Shown here one piece after another: positions 20,906 through 31,444 of a DNA stretch of 64,000 nucleotides (within the stretch, counting starts at the first letter, position 1; each line of letters starts with the position of its first letter). A model generated the notes under the pieces. The model saw only the letters and a list, made by a program, of their open reading frames with translations, searched no databases and was not told the origin of the DNA. A program made the translations under genes and the position numbers. Origin of the DNA: Escherichia coli (GTDB taxonomy: Bacteria; Pseudomonadota; Gammaproteobacteria; Enterobacterales; Enterobacteriaceae); NCBI RefSeq assembly GCF_044324785.1, contig NZ_CP172127.1; one strand, written 5' to 3'.

Positions 20906-21814
20906 TTAACTTTGCAGATAGCCGCATTCTCGCCGAAATTGCGTGATTAATGACGCGGTCAGTGGTGTCTGGCGACTATCACGCCGCTGAATCAAATAAT
21001 AGGTCGCTTTCGGTAAAATTTCGCTAACCGGCAACATCACCAGCCCCTGTCCGTGCAAGGGATCGCAGCCCATTTCTTCAGGTAGTATGCTGAGAAAATC
21101 GCTTTTTGCCACCAGACTGATACAGGCTGAGAACGTCTCGCAGACTACGCCGACCTGTGGCGTTTGCGCCTGATCGTCAAGCAATTCACTCAAGTGTTTG
21201 TAGTAGCTGCCGTGTGGCGTCGGCATTGTCCAGCTGTAGTCCAGTAACTGTTTGATCGAACGGGCACCAATGGCGGGATGTCCCGGGCGGCAAAAGATCG
21301 CGAATTGTTTTTCCAGTAATTTCTCAAAAGTAAATTCGTGGTCGTAGGGTCCCTGATAATAGGTATTGATGGTGAAATCCAGTTCCCCCTGGCGCAATTC
21401 ATTAATCATCGATACCAGTTGCCCTTCCATAATGCGTACTTTTACCTGCGGATGCTGCTGATGAAAACGAGATATGACAGCTGGCATCAGACTGCGGGAA
21501 ATACTGGCCCCCATGCCGATATTAATTTGCCCTGCCAGTTGCCCTTGTCGTTGGCGAATATCCTCTTGCGCTGCGCGCAGCTCTTCAAGAATAAGACTGG
21601 CGTGCTGATAAAAACTTTCACCGGCATCAGTTAACGTCACGCCTTTACTACGGCGAAAAAAGAGTTGTGCCGCCAACCCTTCTTCCAGCTCCTGAATAGA
21701 TTTACTCAGTGCCGGTTGCGACATATTCAACATTCGGCTCGCTCCGCGAATGCTGCCCTGACGAGCCACTTCAACAAAAGCCCGAATTTGATGAATTTTT
21801 ACCTGAAAAGCCAT
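20906..21814 (-). CDS. abgR: LysR-family regulator AbgR
   Basis: 302-aa ORF MAFQVKIHQIRAFVEVARQGSIRGASRMLNMSQPALSKSIQELE..., divergent from abgA. Confidence 0.94.
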   Translation of the reverse strand: MAFQVKIHQIRAFVEVARQGSIRGASRMLNMSQPALSKSIQELEEGLAAQLFFRRSKGVTLTDAGESFYQHASLILEELRAAQEDIRQRQGQLAGQINIGMGASISRSLMPAVISRFHQQHPQVKVRIMEGQLVSMINELRQGELDFTINTYYQGPYDHEFTFEKLLEKQFAIFCRPGHPAIGARSIKQLLDYSWTMPTPHGSYYKHLSELLDDQAQTPQVGVVCETFSACISLVAKSDFLSILPEEMGCDPLHGQGLVMLPVSEILPKATYYLIQRRDSRQTPLTASLITQFRRECGYLQS

Positions 21815-21989
21815 GACGCCACCGATAACCGTTATTTATCAGACCAAAGAAACTGGCATCTACTTTAATGCAGATGATTGTGTCAGGGTAATTTATGAAC
21901 GGTTAAAACTGTGAAAAATCAGTTAGTGATAAGTAAAAACTATCGCTACGTGAACCGGGTCACACTTTTTACTGATGACGGGAAAGGTT

Positions 21990-23300
21990 ATGGAGTCTTT
22001 GAATCAATTTATTAATTCGCTTGCCCCAAAATTATCGCACTGGCGACGTGATTTTCACCACTATGCAGAGTCTGGCTGGGTGGAATTCCGCACTGCCACC
22101 CTTGTTGCGGAAGAATTGCACCAGCTCGGTTATTCACTGGCGCTGGGCCGCGAAGTAGTTAATGAAAGTAGCCGGATGGGATTACCTGATGAATTCACTC
22201 TACAACGCGAATTCGAGCGCGCTCGTCAACAGGGTGCGCTAGAACAATGGATTGCGGCTTTTGAAGGCGGTTTCACTGGCATCGTCGCTACCCTGGATAC
22301 CGGTCGCCCCGGTCCGGTGATGGCTTTCCGTGTCGATATGGACGCGCTGGATCTCAGTGAAGAACGGGATGTCAGCCATCGCCCCTATCGCGACGGTTTT
22401 GCGTCATGTAACGCCGGAATGATGCATGCCTGTGGTCATGATGGACATACCGCCATTGGGCTTGGGCTGGCGCATACCCTTAAACAGTTCGAGTCCGGAC
22501 TACATGGCGTCATCAAACTGATTTTTCAACCTGCAGAGGAAGGTACGCGTGGCGCGCGGGCGATGGTCGATGCAGGAGTAGTGGATGATGTTGATTATTT
22601 TACTGCCGTGCACATTGGCACTGGTGTACCTGCGGGCACAGTAGTGTGCGGCAGTGATAATTTTATGGCAACCACCAAATTTGACGCGCACTTCACCGGG
22701 ACCGCCGCTCACGCAGGCGCAAAACCAGAAGACGGTCACAATGCCTTGTTGGCGGCAGCACAAGCAACTCTTGCACTGCATGCAATCGCCCCGCACAGCG
22801 AAGGCGCTTCCAGAGTAAACGTGGGCGTTATGCAGGCAGGAAGCGGTCGTAATGTTGTTCCCGCCTCAGCGTTGCTGAAAGTGGAAACACGCGGGGCCAG
22901 CGACGTCATTAATCAATATGTTTTTGACCGTGCACAACAAGCGATTCAGGGCGCAGCAACCATGTATGGTGTCGGCGTTGAAACTCGTCTGATGGGTGCA
23001 GCTACCGCCAGTTCTCCTTCGCCGCAATGGGTCGCATGGTTGCAAAGTCAGGCAGCTCAGGTCGCCGGGGTCAATCAGGCCATTGAACGTGTTGAAGCGC
23101 CTGCGGGTTCCGAAGATGCCACATTAATGATGGCCCGCGTGCAGCAACATCAAGGGCAAGCCTCCTATATGGTGTTTGGCACACAGCTGGCGGCAGGTCA
23201 TCACAACGAAAAATTCGATTTTGACGAGCAGGTTCTCGCTATTGCCGTCGAAACGCTGGCGCGCACCGCGCTCAATTTTCCCTGGACGCGAGGTATCTGA
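21990..23300 (+). CDS. abgA: p-Aminobenzoyl-glutamate hydrolase subunit A (M20 peptidase)
   Basis: The ATG at 21990 gives MESLNQFINSLAPKLSHWRRDFHHY... and the 436-aa K-12 length. Confidence 0.93.
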   Translation: MESLNQFINSLAPKLSHWRRDFHHYAESGWVEFRTATLVAEELHQLGYSLALGREVVNESSRMGLPDEFTLQREFERARQQGALEQWIAAFEGGFTGIVATLDTGRPGPVMAFRVDMDALDLSEERDVSHRPYRDGFASCNAGMMHACGHDGHTAIGLGLAHTLKQFESGLHGVIKLIFQPAEEGTRGARAMVDAGVVDDVDYFTAVHIGTGVPAGTVVCGSDNFMATTKFDAHFTGTAAHAGAKPEDGHNALLAAAQATLALHAIAPHSEGASRVNVGVMQAGSGRNVVPASALLKVETRGASDVINQYVFDRAQQAIQGAATMYGVGVETRLMGAATASSPSPQWVAWLQSQAAQVAGVNQAIERVEAPAGSEDATLMMARVQQHQGQASYMVFGTQLAAGHHNEKFDFDEQVLAIAVETLARTALNFPWTRGI

Positions 23301-24745
23301 TGCAGGAAATCTATCGTTTTATCGACGATGCGATTGAAGCCGATCGCCAACGTTATACCGATATTGCCGATCAAATCTGGGATCATCCAGAAACACGTTT
23401 TGAAGAGTTCTGGTCAGCGGAGCATCTGGCTTCGGCGCTGGAGTCTGCAGGCTTCACCGTTACCCGCAACGTAGGCAATATCCCAAATGCCTTTATTGCT
23501 TCGTTTGGTCAAGGCAAACCGGTTATCGCCCTGCTGGGGGAATATGACGCCCTGGCAGGTTTAAGTCAGCAAGCCGGTTGCGCGCAACCTACATCCGCGA
23601 CGCCCGGTGAAAATGGTCACGGTTGCGGACACAATTTGCTGGGAACCGCCGCCTTTGCCGCAGCAATAGCCGTCAAGAAATGGCTGGAACAATATGGGCA
23701 AGGCGGCACGGTGCGCTTTTATGGTTGTCCTGGCGAAGAAGGCGGCTCGGGTAAAACGTTCATGGTCCGCGAGGGGGTATTTGATGATGTGGATGCGGCA
23801 CTCACCTGGCACCCGGAAGCCTTTGCCGGTATGTTCAATACCCGCACGCTGGCAAACATTCAGGCATCATGGCGCTTTAAAGGGATCGCAGCACATGCCG
23901 CGAACTCCCCTCATTTGGGACGCAGCGCCCTTGATGCCGTAACGTTGATGACCACTGGCACCAACTTCCTCAACGAACATATTATTGAAAAAGCGCGCGT
24001 ACACTATGCCATCACAGATAGCGGCGGGATCTCGCCCAACGTGGTCCAGGCGCAGGCAGAAGTGCTTTATCTTATCCGCGCCCCCGAAATGACCGATGTG
24101 CAGCATATTTATGATCGGGTCGCCAAAATCGCCGAAGGTGCGGCATTGATGACCGAAACCACGGTTGAATGCCGCTTCGACAAAGCCTGTTCCAGTTATC
24201 TCCCGAATCGCACCTTAGAAAATGCCATGTACCAGGCCCTATCCCATTTTGGTACCCCGGAATGGAACTGCGAAGAACTGGCTTTTGCGAAACAAATTCA
24301 GGCTACGCTCACCTCCAACGATCGGCAAAACAGTCTGAATAATATCGCCGCAACCGGTGGCGAAAACGGCAAGGTTTTTGCACTACGTCATCGTGAAACG
24401 ATACTGGCGAATGAAGTCGCTCCATATGCCGCCACCGATAACGTGCTTGCGGCATCGACTGATGTCGGCGACGTCAGTTGGAAACTGCCTGTTGCCCAGT
24501 GTTTCAGCCCCTGTTTTGCCGTCGGTACACCGCTACATACGTGGCAACTGGTTAGCCAGGGGCGAACATCTATTGCTCATAAAGGAATGCTGCTGGCGGC
24601 GAAAACTATGGCAGCAACCACAGTCAATCTCTTCATTGATTCAGGGCTATTGCAAGAATGCCAACAAGAGCATCAGCAAGTTACGGACACGCAACCGTAT
24701 CACTGCCCTATCCCGAAAAACGTGACACCGTCACCTTTAAAATAA
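23300..24745 (+). CDS. abgB: p-Aminobenzoyl-glutamate hydrolase subunit B (M20 peptidase)
   Basis: 481-aa ORF MQEIYRFIDDAIEADRQRYTDIADQIWDHPE.... Its start overlaps the abgA stop (TGATG). Confidence 0.94.
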   Translation: MQEIYRFIDDAIEADRQRYTDIADQIWDHPETRFEEFWSAEHLASALESAGFTVTRNVGNIPNAFIASFGQGKPVIALLGEYDALAGLSQQAGCAQPTSATPGENGHGCGHNLLGTAAFAAAIAVKKWLEQYGQGGTVRFYGCPGEEGGSGKTFMVREGVFDDVDAALTWHPEAFAGMFNTRTLANIQASWRFKGIAAHAANSPHLGRSALDAVTLMTTGTNFLNEHIIEKARVHYAITDSGGISPNVVQAQAEVLYLIRAPEMTDVQHIYDRVAKIAEGAALMTETTVECRFDKACSSYLPNRTLENAMYQALSHFGTPEWNCEELAFAKQIQATLTSNDRQNSLNNIAATGGENGKVFALRHRETILANEVAPYAATDNVLAASTDVGDVSWKLPVAQCFSPCFAVGTPLHTWQLVSQGRTSIAHKGMLLAAKTMAATTVNLFIDSGLLQECQQEHQQVTDTQPYHCPIPKNVTPSPLK

Positions 24746-24781
24746 CAACAACAACGCAAACACAACAAACGAGGAATGCCC

Positions 24782-26308
24782 ATGAGTATGTCATCCATAC
24801 CGTCGTCCTCCCAATCCGGGAAGCTCTATGGCTGGGTCGAAAGAATTGGTAACAAGGTTCCCCATCCTTTTTTGCTCTTTATCTATTTGATTATCGTACT
24901 CATGGTGACGACGGCAATTTTGTCGGCCTTTGGCGTCAGTGCGAAAAACCCGACCGATGGTACGCCGGTGGTCGTGAAAAACCTGCTCAGTGTGGAAGGA
25001 TTACACTGGTTTTTACCCAATGTGATTAAAAACTTTAGCGGTTTTGCTCCACTTGGTGCGATCCTGGCGCTGGTTTTAGGTGCCGGCCTAGCGGAGCGCG
25101 TCGGCTTACTGCCAGCGCTAATGGTTAAAATGGCATCGCATGTGAATGCCCGCTACGCCAGTTATATGGTGCTGTTTATTGCTTTTTTCAGCCACATTTC
25201 TTCCGATGCGGCGTTAGTGATCATGCCACCGATGGGTGCGCTAATTTTTCTGGCGGTGGGCAGGCATCCAGTTGCAGGTTTACTGGCCGCCATTGCAGGC
25301 GTAGGTTGCGGCTTTACGGCTAATTTACTGATTGTCACAACCGACGTGTTGCTGTCGGGGATCAGCACGGAGGCTGCGGCTGCGTTCAATCCGCAAATGC
25401 ACGTCAGTGTAATTGATAACTGGTATTTTATGGCCAGCTCCGTAGTCGTACTGACGATTGTTGGCGGCCTGATAACCGACAAAATCATTGAGCCACGTTT
25501 AGGTCAATGGCAGGGAAACAGCGATGAGAAACTGCAGACATTAACCGAAAGTCAGCGTTTTGGTTTACGCATAGCAGGTGTCGTATCGCTACTTTTTATT
25601 GCTGCGATTGCGCTGATGGTGATCCCGGAAAACGGGATATTGCGCGATCCGATTAATCACACCGTGATGCCATCCCCCTTTATTAAAGGTATCGTGCCAC
25701 TGATCATTCTTTTTTTCTTTGTGGTCTCGCTGGCTTATGGCATCGCTACCCGCACAATTCGACGTCAGGCGGATTTACCGCATTTAATGATTGAACCGAT
25801 GAAAGAGATGGCGGGATTTATCGTGATGGTTTTTCCCCTCGCCCAGTTTGTCGCCATGTTTAACTGGAGCAACATGGGGAAATTCATCGCCGTGGGGCTG
25901 ACCGATATACTGGAAAGTTCAGGGCTTAGCGGCATCCCGGCGTTTGTCGGTCTGGCGTTGCTTTCCTCTTTCTTATGCATGTTTATCGCCAGCGGTTCCG
26001 CAATCTGGTCGATTCTGGCCCCCATTTTCGTACCGATGTTTATGCTACTTGGCTTTCACCCGGCATTTGCGCAAATCCTCTTTCGTATTGCCGACTCATC
26101 CGTATTGCCTTTAGCGCCGGTATCTCCTTTTGTTCCACTGTTTCTTGGATTCCTGCAACGTTACAAACCAGACGCGAAACTGGGTACTTACTATTCGTTA
26201 GTTTTGCCCTATCCACTTATCTTTTTGGTGGTATGGCTGCTGATGTTGCTGGCGTGGTATCTTGTTGGCTTGCCGATAGGTCCGGGTATTTACCCACGTT
26301 TGTCTTAA
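24782..26308 (+). CDS. abgT: p-Aminobenzoyl-glutamate transporter AbgT
   Basis: The ATG at 24782 gives [30 protein letters not shown]... and 508 aa. Polytopic membrane protein. Confidence 0.93.
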   Translation: MSMSSIPSSSQSGKLYGWVERIGNKVPHPFLLFIYLIIVLMVTTAILSAFGVSAKNPTDGTPVVVKNLLSVEGLHWFLPNVIKNFSGFAPLGAILALVLGAGLAERVGLLPALMVKMASHVNARYASYMVLFIAFFSHISSDAALVIMPPMGALIFLAVGRHPVAGLLAAIAGVGCGFTANLLIVTTDVLLSGISTEAAAAFNPQMHVSVIDNWYFMASSVVVLTIVGGLITDKIIEPRLGQWQGNSDEKLQTLTESQRFGLRIAGVVSLLFIAAIALMVIPENGILRDPINHTVMPSPFIKGIVPLIILFFFVVSLAYGIATRTIRRQADLPHLMIEPMKEMAGFIVMVFPLAQFVAMFNWSNMGKFIAVGLTDILESSGLSGIPAFVGLALLSSFLCMFIASGSAIWSILAPIFVPMFMLLGFHPAFAQILFRIADSSVLPLAPVSPFVPLFLGFLQRYKPDAKLGTYYSLVLPYPLIFLVVWLLMLLAWYLVGLPIGPGIYPRLS

Positions 26309-26318
26309 GAGAGAACGG

Positions 26319-26834
26319 ATGCTGAGATTACTTGAAGAAAAAATTGCCACGCCACTGGGTCCACTGAGGGTGATTTGCGATGAGCAATTTCGCCTGCGGG
26401 CGGTTGAATGGGAAGAGTACAGCGAACGCATGGTGCAGCTGCTGGACATCCATTATCGCAAAGAAGGCTATGAGCGCATTTCTGCCACCAACCCAGGTGG
26501 TTTAAGCGACAAGCTTCGTGAATATTTTGCCGGTAATCTTAGCATTATTGATACGCTTCCCACTGCCACGGGGGGGACGCCATTTCAGCGCGAAGTCTGG
26601 AAAACACTGCGCACTATCCCCTGCGGGCAGGTAATGCATTATGGCCAACTGGCTGAACAATTAGGCCGCCCAGGCGCGGCGCGTGCCGTTGGTGCGGCAA
26701 ACGGATCGAATCCCATCAGCATCGTCGTACCTTGCCATCGGGTTATTGGCCGAAACGGCACCATGACCGGATATGCAGGCGGAGTTCAGCGAAAAGAGTG
26801 GTTATTGCGCCACGAAGGTTATCTTTTGCTGTAA
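26319..26834 (+). CDS. ogt: O6-alkylguanine-DNA methyltransferase Ogt
   Basis: 171-aa ORF with the active-site PCHRV motif. Confidence 0.95.
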   Translation: MLRLLEEKIATPLGPLRVICDEQFRLRAVEWEEYSERMVQLLDIHYRKEGYERISATNPGGLSDKLREYFAGNLSIIDTLPTATGGTPFQREVWKTLRTIPCGQVMHYGQLAEQLGRPGAARAVGAANGSNPISIVVPCHRVIGRNGTMTGYAGGVQRKEWLLRHEGYLLL

Positions 26835-26995
26835 ACATTAAACAATTTGTGCCAGCTTGTTCACACTTTTATGTAAAGTCACCCTTAACAACTTAAGGGT
26901 TTTCAAATAGATAGACATATATTTACATCTAATATCGGAATTCTCTGCTGTTAAGGTTTGCTTAGACTTACTTGCTCCCTAAAAAGATGTTAAAA

Positions 26996-27009
26996 TTGAC
27001 AAATATCAA
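26996..27009. promoter_or_regulatory. FNR box in the fnr promoter (autoregulation site)
   Basis: TTGAC-AAAT-ATCAA, one mismatch from the consensus TTGAT-N4-ATCAA, 20 nt upstream of the fnr ATG. FNR autorepression through a site at its own promoter is established. Confidence 0.75.
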
Positions 27010-27028
27010 TTACGGCTTGAGCAGACCT

Positions 27029-27781
27029 ATGATCCCGGAAAAGCGAATTATACGGCGCATTCAGTCTGGCGGTTGTGCTATCCATTGCCAGGATTGCAGC
27101 ATCAGCCAGCTTTGCATCCCGTTCACACTCAACGAACATGAGCTTGATCAGCTTGATAATATCATTGAGCGGAAGAAGCCTATTCAGAAAGGCCAGACGC
27201 TGTTTAAGGCTGGTGATGAACTTAAATCGCTTTATGCCATCCGCTCCGGTACGATTAAAAGTTATACCATAACTGAGCAAGGCGACGAGCAAATCACTGG
27301 TTTCCATTTAGCAGGCGACCTGGTGGGATTTGACGCCATCGGCAGCGGCCATCACCCGAGCTTCGCGCAGGCCCTGGAAACCTCGATGGTATGTGAAATC
27401 CCGTTCGAAACGCTGGACGATTTGTCCGGTAAAATGCCGAATCTGCGTCAGCAGATGATGCGTCTGATGAGCGGTGAAATCAAAGGCGATCAGGACATGA
27501 TCCTGCTGTTGTCGAAGAAAAATGCCGAGGAACGTCTGGCTGCATTCATCTACAACCTGTCCCGTCGTTTTGCCCAACGCGGCTTCTCCCCTCGTGAATT
27601 CCGCCTGACGATGACTCGTGGCGATATCGGTAACTATCTGGGCCTGACGGTAGAAACCATCAGCCGTCTGCTGGGTCGCTTCCAGAAAAGCGGTATGCTG
27701 GCAGTCAAAGGTAAATACATCACCATCGAAAATAACGATGCGCTGGCCCAGCTTGCTGGTCATACGCGTAACGTTGCCTGA
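27029..27781 (+). CDS. fnr: Oxygen-sensing global regulator FNR
   Basis: The ATG at 27029 gives [32 protein letters not shown]... (N-terminal Fe-S cysteine cluster) and 250 aa. Confidence 0.97.
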
Positions 27782-27802
27782 TTTTTCCGCATAACTCACT
27801 AT

Positions 27803-27851
27803 CCTTCTGTCATATCATTAAATTTTTCTGATTTATTGATCTGACAGAAGG
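27803..27851. other. 10-bp perfect inverted repeat with a 29-nt AT-rich spacer between fnr and uspE
   Basis: CCTTCTGTCA (27803-27812) and TGACAGAAGG (27842-27851). It could be an fnr transcript stem-loop or a uspE operator. Function not established. Confidence 0.35.
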
Positions 27852-27932
27852 TTCATCACTGTTTCATTCACCAGATATGGGTTAATCTTTTAATTACAAA
27901 CTGCGTTGACAGTTGTTGTAAGGAGACCCTGT

Positions 27933-28883
27933 ATGGCTATGTATCAGAACATGCTCGTTGTTATCGATCCTAACCAGGACGACCAACCAGCATTGCGGCG
28001 AGCTGTTTATTTACATCAACGGATTGGTGGCAAAATTAAAGCCTTTTTGCCGATCTATGACTTCTCATACGAAATGACCACCCTGCTCTCTCCGGACGAA
28101 CGTACCGCTATGCGTCAGGGCGTCATCAGCCAGCGTACAGCCTGGATCCACGAGCAGGCAAAATATTATCTCAATGCTGGCGTTCCCATTGAAATTAAAG
28201 TGGTCTGGCATAACCGTCCTTTCGAAGCCATCATTCAGGAAGTGATCAGCGGCGGGCACGATTTGGTGCTAAAAATGGCGCACCAACATGACCGTCTGGA
28301 AGCGGTGATTTTTACGCCAACGGACTGGCATCTGTTACGCAAATGCCCAAGCCCGGTGTGGATGGTGAAAGACCAGCCGTGGCCGGAAGGGGGTAAGGCG
28401 CTGGTGGCGGTGAATCTCGCCAGTGAAGAGCCGTATCATAATGCGCTCAATGAAAAACTGGTCAAAGAGACGATCGAACTGGCGGAACAAGTCAACCATA
28501 CCGAAGTTCATCTGGTTGGCGCTTATCCGGTAACGCCAATTAATATCGCGATTGAACTGCCGGAATTTGATCCGAGCGTTTATAACGATGCCATTCGTGG
28601 GCAACATTTGCTGGCAATGAAAGCCCTGCGGCAGAAATTCGGCATTAATGAAAACATGACGCACGTAGAAAAAGGTCTGCCAGAAGAGGTGATTCCTGAT
28701 TTGGCGGAGCATTTACAGGCGGGGATTGTGGTTCTGGGCACGGTCGGACGCACCGGTATTTCAGCGGCATTCCTCGGCAACACGGCGGAACAGGTGATTG
28801 ATCATCTTCGCTGCGACCTGCTGGTCATTAAACCTGACCAGTATCAGACACCCGTTGAACTGGATGACGAAGAAGACGATTAA
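27933..28883 (+). CDS. uspE: Tandem-domain universal stress protein E
   Basis: The ATG at 27933 gives [33 protein letters not shown]... and 316 aa. Confidence 0.93.
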   Translation: MAMYQNMLVVIDPNQDDQPALRRAVYLHQRIGGKIKAFLPIYDFSYEMTTLLSPDERTAMRQGVISQRTAWIHEQAKYYLNAGVPIEIKVVWHNRPFEAIIQEVISGGHDLVLKMAHQHDRLEAVIFTPTDWHLLRKCPSPVWMVKDQPWPEGGKALVAVNLASEEPYHNALNEKLVKETIELAEQVNHTEVHLVGAYPVTPINIAIELPEFDPSVYNDAIRGQHLLAMKALRQKFGINENMTHVEKGLPEEVIPDLAEHLQAGIVVLGTVGRTGISAAFLGNTAEQVIDHLRCDLLVIKPDQYQTPVELDDEEDD

Positions 28884-28904
28884 CGACTCTTCAATAACTG
28901 ACAA

Positions 28905-28930
28905 GGCCCGAGTTATCGGGCCTATTTTTT
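28905..28930. terminator. Bidirectional terminator between the convergent uspE and ynaJ
   Basis: GGCCCGA-gtta-TCGGGCC followed by TATTTTTT. Confidence 0.75.
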
Positions 28931-28932
28931 AC

Positions 28933-29190
28933 TTACTGCTCTTCGCCGCCAAGGAAATAAATTCCCAACGGGATTGCCAGCAACACAGTAAAGACCAGGC
29001 TATAAACAAAAATCATCGATGACTGAATCACATACATTGATGTCGTCCACTCAGACAGCGGAATATTGTACTGTTCTATCACGCCGCCGATGGTCGCGCG
29101 AGTCACAACCGACGCCGCAATAATGAAAACCGCCAACAAACCAAAGAGAAATTTCTTCCCTTTCGCTGACTTCAGTTTCGCCATAATCAT
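28933..29190 (-). CDS. ynaJ: Small inner-membrane protein YnaJ (DUF2534)
   Basis: 85-aa ORF MIMAKLKSAKGKKFLFGLLAVFIIAASVV... with two predicted TM helices. Confidence 0.85.
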   Translation of the reverse strand: MIMAKLKSAKGKKFLFGLLAVFIIAASVVTRATIGGVIEQYNIPLSEWTTSMYVIQSSMIFVYSLVFTVLLAIPLGIYFLGGEEQ

Positions 29191-29433
29191 GATGTAATCC
29201 TTGTGCAGACAAATTTCTTGTTACCTAAACGTAACAATACCATGACATTTTACCGTTGTCTGCTCTGAAAACCTTACCTCTTAGCTGGATTTACAATCAA
29301 CGCATTGATTAGTTAGCTAATGTTGCTACTTCCTTCCCTGACTATTGATGATCTGAATGAATTGTCGCGGTAAAATAGCCCCGCCAGGGGTTTCCGGCAT
29401 GACGACAATTATCTGGAGGAGCCTGATAAAACA

Positions 29434-30465
29434 ATGATCGCTGAACTGTTTACAAATAATGCGCTTAATCTGGTCATTATTTTCGGTAGCTGCGCAGCAT
29501 TGATTCTGATGAGCTTTTGGTTTCGCCGCGGAAATCGTAAAAGAAAAGGTTTTTTATTCCATGCGGTGCAATTTTTAATCTACACCATAATTATCAGTGC
29601 TGTTGGTAGCATCATTAATTATGTTATAGAAAACTATAAACTCAAATTTATCACCCCAGGCGTTATCGATTTTATCTGTACGTCCCTGATTGCGGTTATT
29701 CTGACGATTAAGCTATTTCTGCTGATTAATCAGTTTGAAAAACAGCAGATTAAAAAAGGTCGCGATATCACCAGTGCGCGGATTATGTCGCGTATCATCA
29801 AAATCACCATTATTGTGGTGCTTGTTCTGCTTTATGGCGAACATTTCGGCATGAGCCTTTCTGGCTTGTTGACCTTTGGTGGTATTGGTGGTCTGGCTGT
29901 CGGTATGGCCGGTAAAGATATTCTGAGTAACTTCTTTTCCGGGATTATGCTCTATTTCGACCGTCCTTTTAGTATTGGCGACTGGATCCGTTCACCGGAC
30001 AGAAATATCGAAGGTACAGTAGCGGAAATTGGCTGGCGAATTACCAAAATTACGACCTTTGATAATCGTCCATTGTACGTACCGAACTCGCTGTTTTCGT
30101 CAATCAGCGTAGAAAACCCTGGACGAATGACCAACCGGCGCATTACCACGACCATTGGTTTACGTTATGAGGATGCGGCAAAAGTGGGCGCTATTGTCGA
30201 AGCCGTACGTGAGATGCTGAAAAATCACCCGGCCATCGACCAGCGACAAACCCTACTGGTTTATTTCAACCAGTTTGCTGACTCTTCATTGAATATTATG
30301 GTTTATTGCTTTACCAAAACCACGGTATGGGCTGAATGGCTTGCTGCACAGCAAGACGTTTATTTGAAGATTATCGATATTGTACAGTCACACGACGCGG
30401 ACTTTGCCTTCCCCAGCCAGACGCTGTATATGGATAACATTACACCGCCGGACCAGGGTCGCTAA
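29434..30465 (+). CDS. ynaI: MscS-family mechanosensitive channel YnaI
   Basis: 343-aa ORF with N-terminal TM helices and a conserved MscS core (...[11 protein letters not shown]...[26 protein letters not shown]). Confidence 0.93.
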   Translation: MIAELFTNNALNLVIIFGSCAALILMSFWFRRGNRKRKGFLFHAVQFLIYTIIISAVGSIINYVIENYKLKFITPGVIDFICTSLIAVILTIKLFLLINQFEKQQIKKGRDITSARIMSRIIKITIIVVLVLLYGEHFGMSLSGLLTFGGIGGLAVGMAGKDILSNFFSGIMLYFDRPFSIGDWIRSPDRNIEGTVAEIGWRITKITTFDNRPLYVPNSLFSSISVENPGRMTNRRITTTIGLRYEDAAKVGAIVEAVREMLKNHPAIDQRQTLLVYFNQFADSSLNIMVYCFTKTTVWAEWLAAQQDVYLKIIDIVQSHDADFAFPSQTLYMDNITPPDQGR

Positions 30466-30475
30466 ATCAGACATC

Positions 30476-30505
30476 ACTGGCGTTATCCACAAGGGTAACG
30501 CCAGT
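30476..30505. terminator. Stem-loop between the convergent ynaI and the mppA 3' end
   Basis: ACTGGCGTTA-tccacaaggg-TAACGCCAGT, a perfect 10-bp stem with no strong U-run. Confidence 0.45.
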
Positions 30506-30746
30506 TCCCATTACATCAATGCTTCACAATATACATAGTCCGACTGTACGCCACATCTTCAGGGTTATTAATGGGATAACCTTTCAGCCACGGCTTGATT
30601 AATCGTCCATTGGTATATTGATAAATTGGTGCAATCGGTGCTTGCTCCATGAGGATTTTTTCTGCCGCATTGTAATCGGCATTACGCGCTTGGTGATGCT
30701 GCCAACTTACTGATTTAGTGTATGATGGTGTTTTTGAGGTGCTCCA

Positions 30747-31022
30747 GTGGCTTCTGTTTCTATCAGCTGTCCCTCCTGTTCAGCTACTGACGGGGTGGTG
30801 CGTAACGGCAAAAGCACCGCCGGACATCAGCGCTATCTCTGCTCTCACTGCCGTAAAACATGGCAACTGCAGTTCACTTACACCGCTTCTCAACCCGGTA
30901 CGCACCAGAAAATCATTGATATGGCCATGAATGGCGTTGGATGCCGGGCAACTGCCCGCATTATGGGCGTTGGCCTCAACACGATTTTACGTCACTTAAA
31001 AAACTCAGGCCGCAGTCGGTAA
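30747..31022 (+). CDS. insA: IS1 InsA
   Basis: 91-aa ORF (GTG start) [43 protein letters not shown]..., recognised as InsA. Confidence 0.95.
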
Positions 31023-31444
31023 CCTCGCGCATACAGCCGGGCAGTGACGTCATCGTCTGCGCGGAAATGGACGAACAGTGGGGCTATGTCGGGGCTAAAT
31101 CGCGCCAGCGCTGGCTGTTTTACGCGTATGACAGTCTCCGGAAGACGGTTGTTGCGCACGTATTCGGTGAACGCACTATGGCGACGCTGGGGCGTCTTAT
31201 GAGCCTGCTGTCACCCTTTGACGTGGTGATATGGATGACGGATGGCTGGCCGCTGTATGAATCCCGCCTGAAGGGAAAGCTGCACGTAATCAGCAAGCGA
31301 TATACGCAGCGAATTGAGCGGCATAACCTGAATCTGAGGCAGCACCTGGCACGGCTGGGACGGAAGTCGCTGTCGTTTTCAAAATCGGTGGAGCTGCATG
31401 ACAAAGTCATCGGGCATTATCTGAACATAAAACACTATCAATAA
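30941..31444 (+). CDS. insB: IS1 InsB frame (expressed as the InsAB' transposase by -1 frameshift)
   Basis: 167-aa ORF recognised as InsB. The A6C slippery run (TTAAAAAAC, A-run at 30998-31003) lies in the insA/insB overlap. Confidence 0.93.

Noticed and set aside
30718-30930. 70-aa alternate-frame ORF inside IS1.
   Set aside because: It lies in a different frame over insA. IS1 coding capacity is fully explained by insA/insB.
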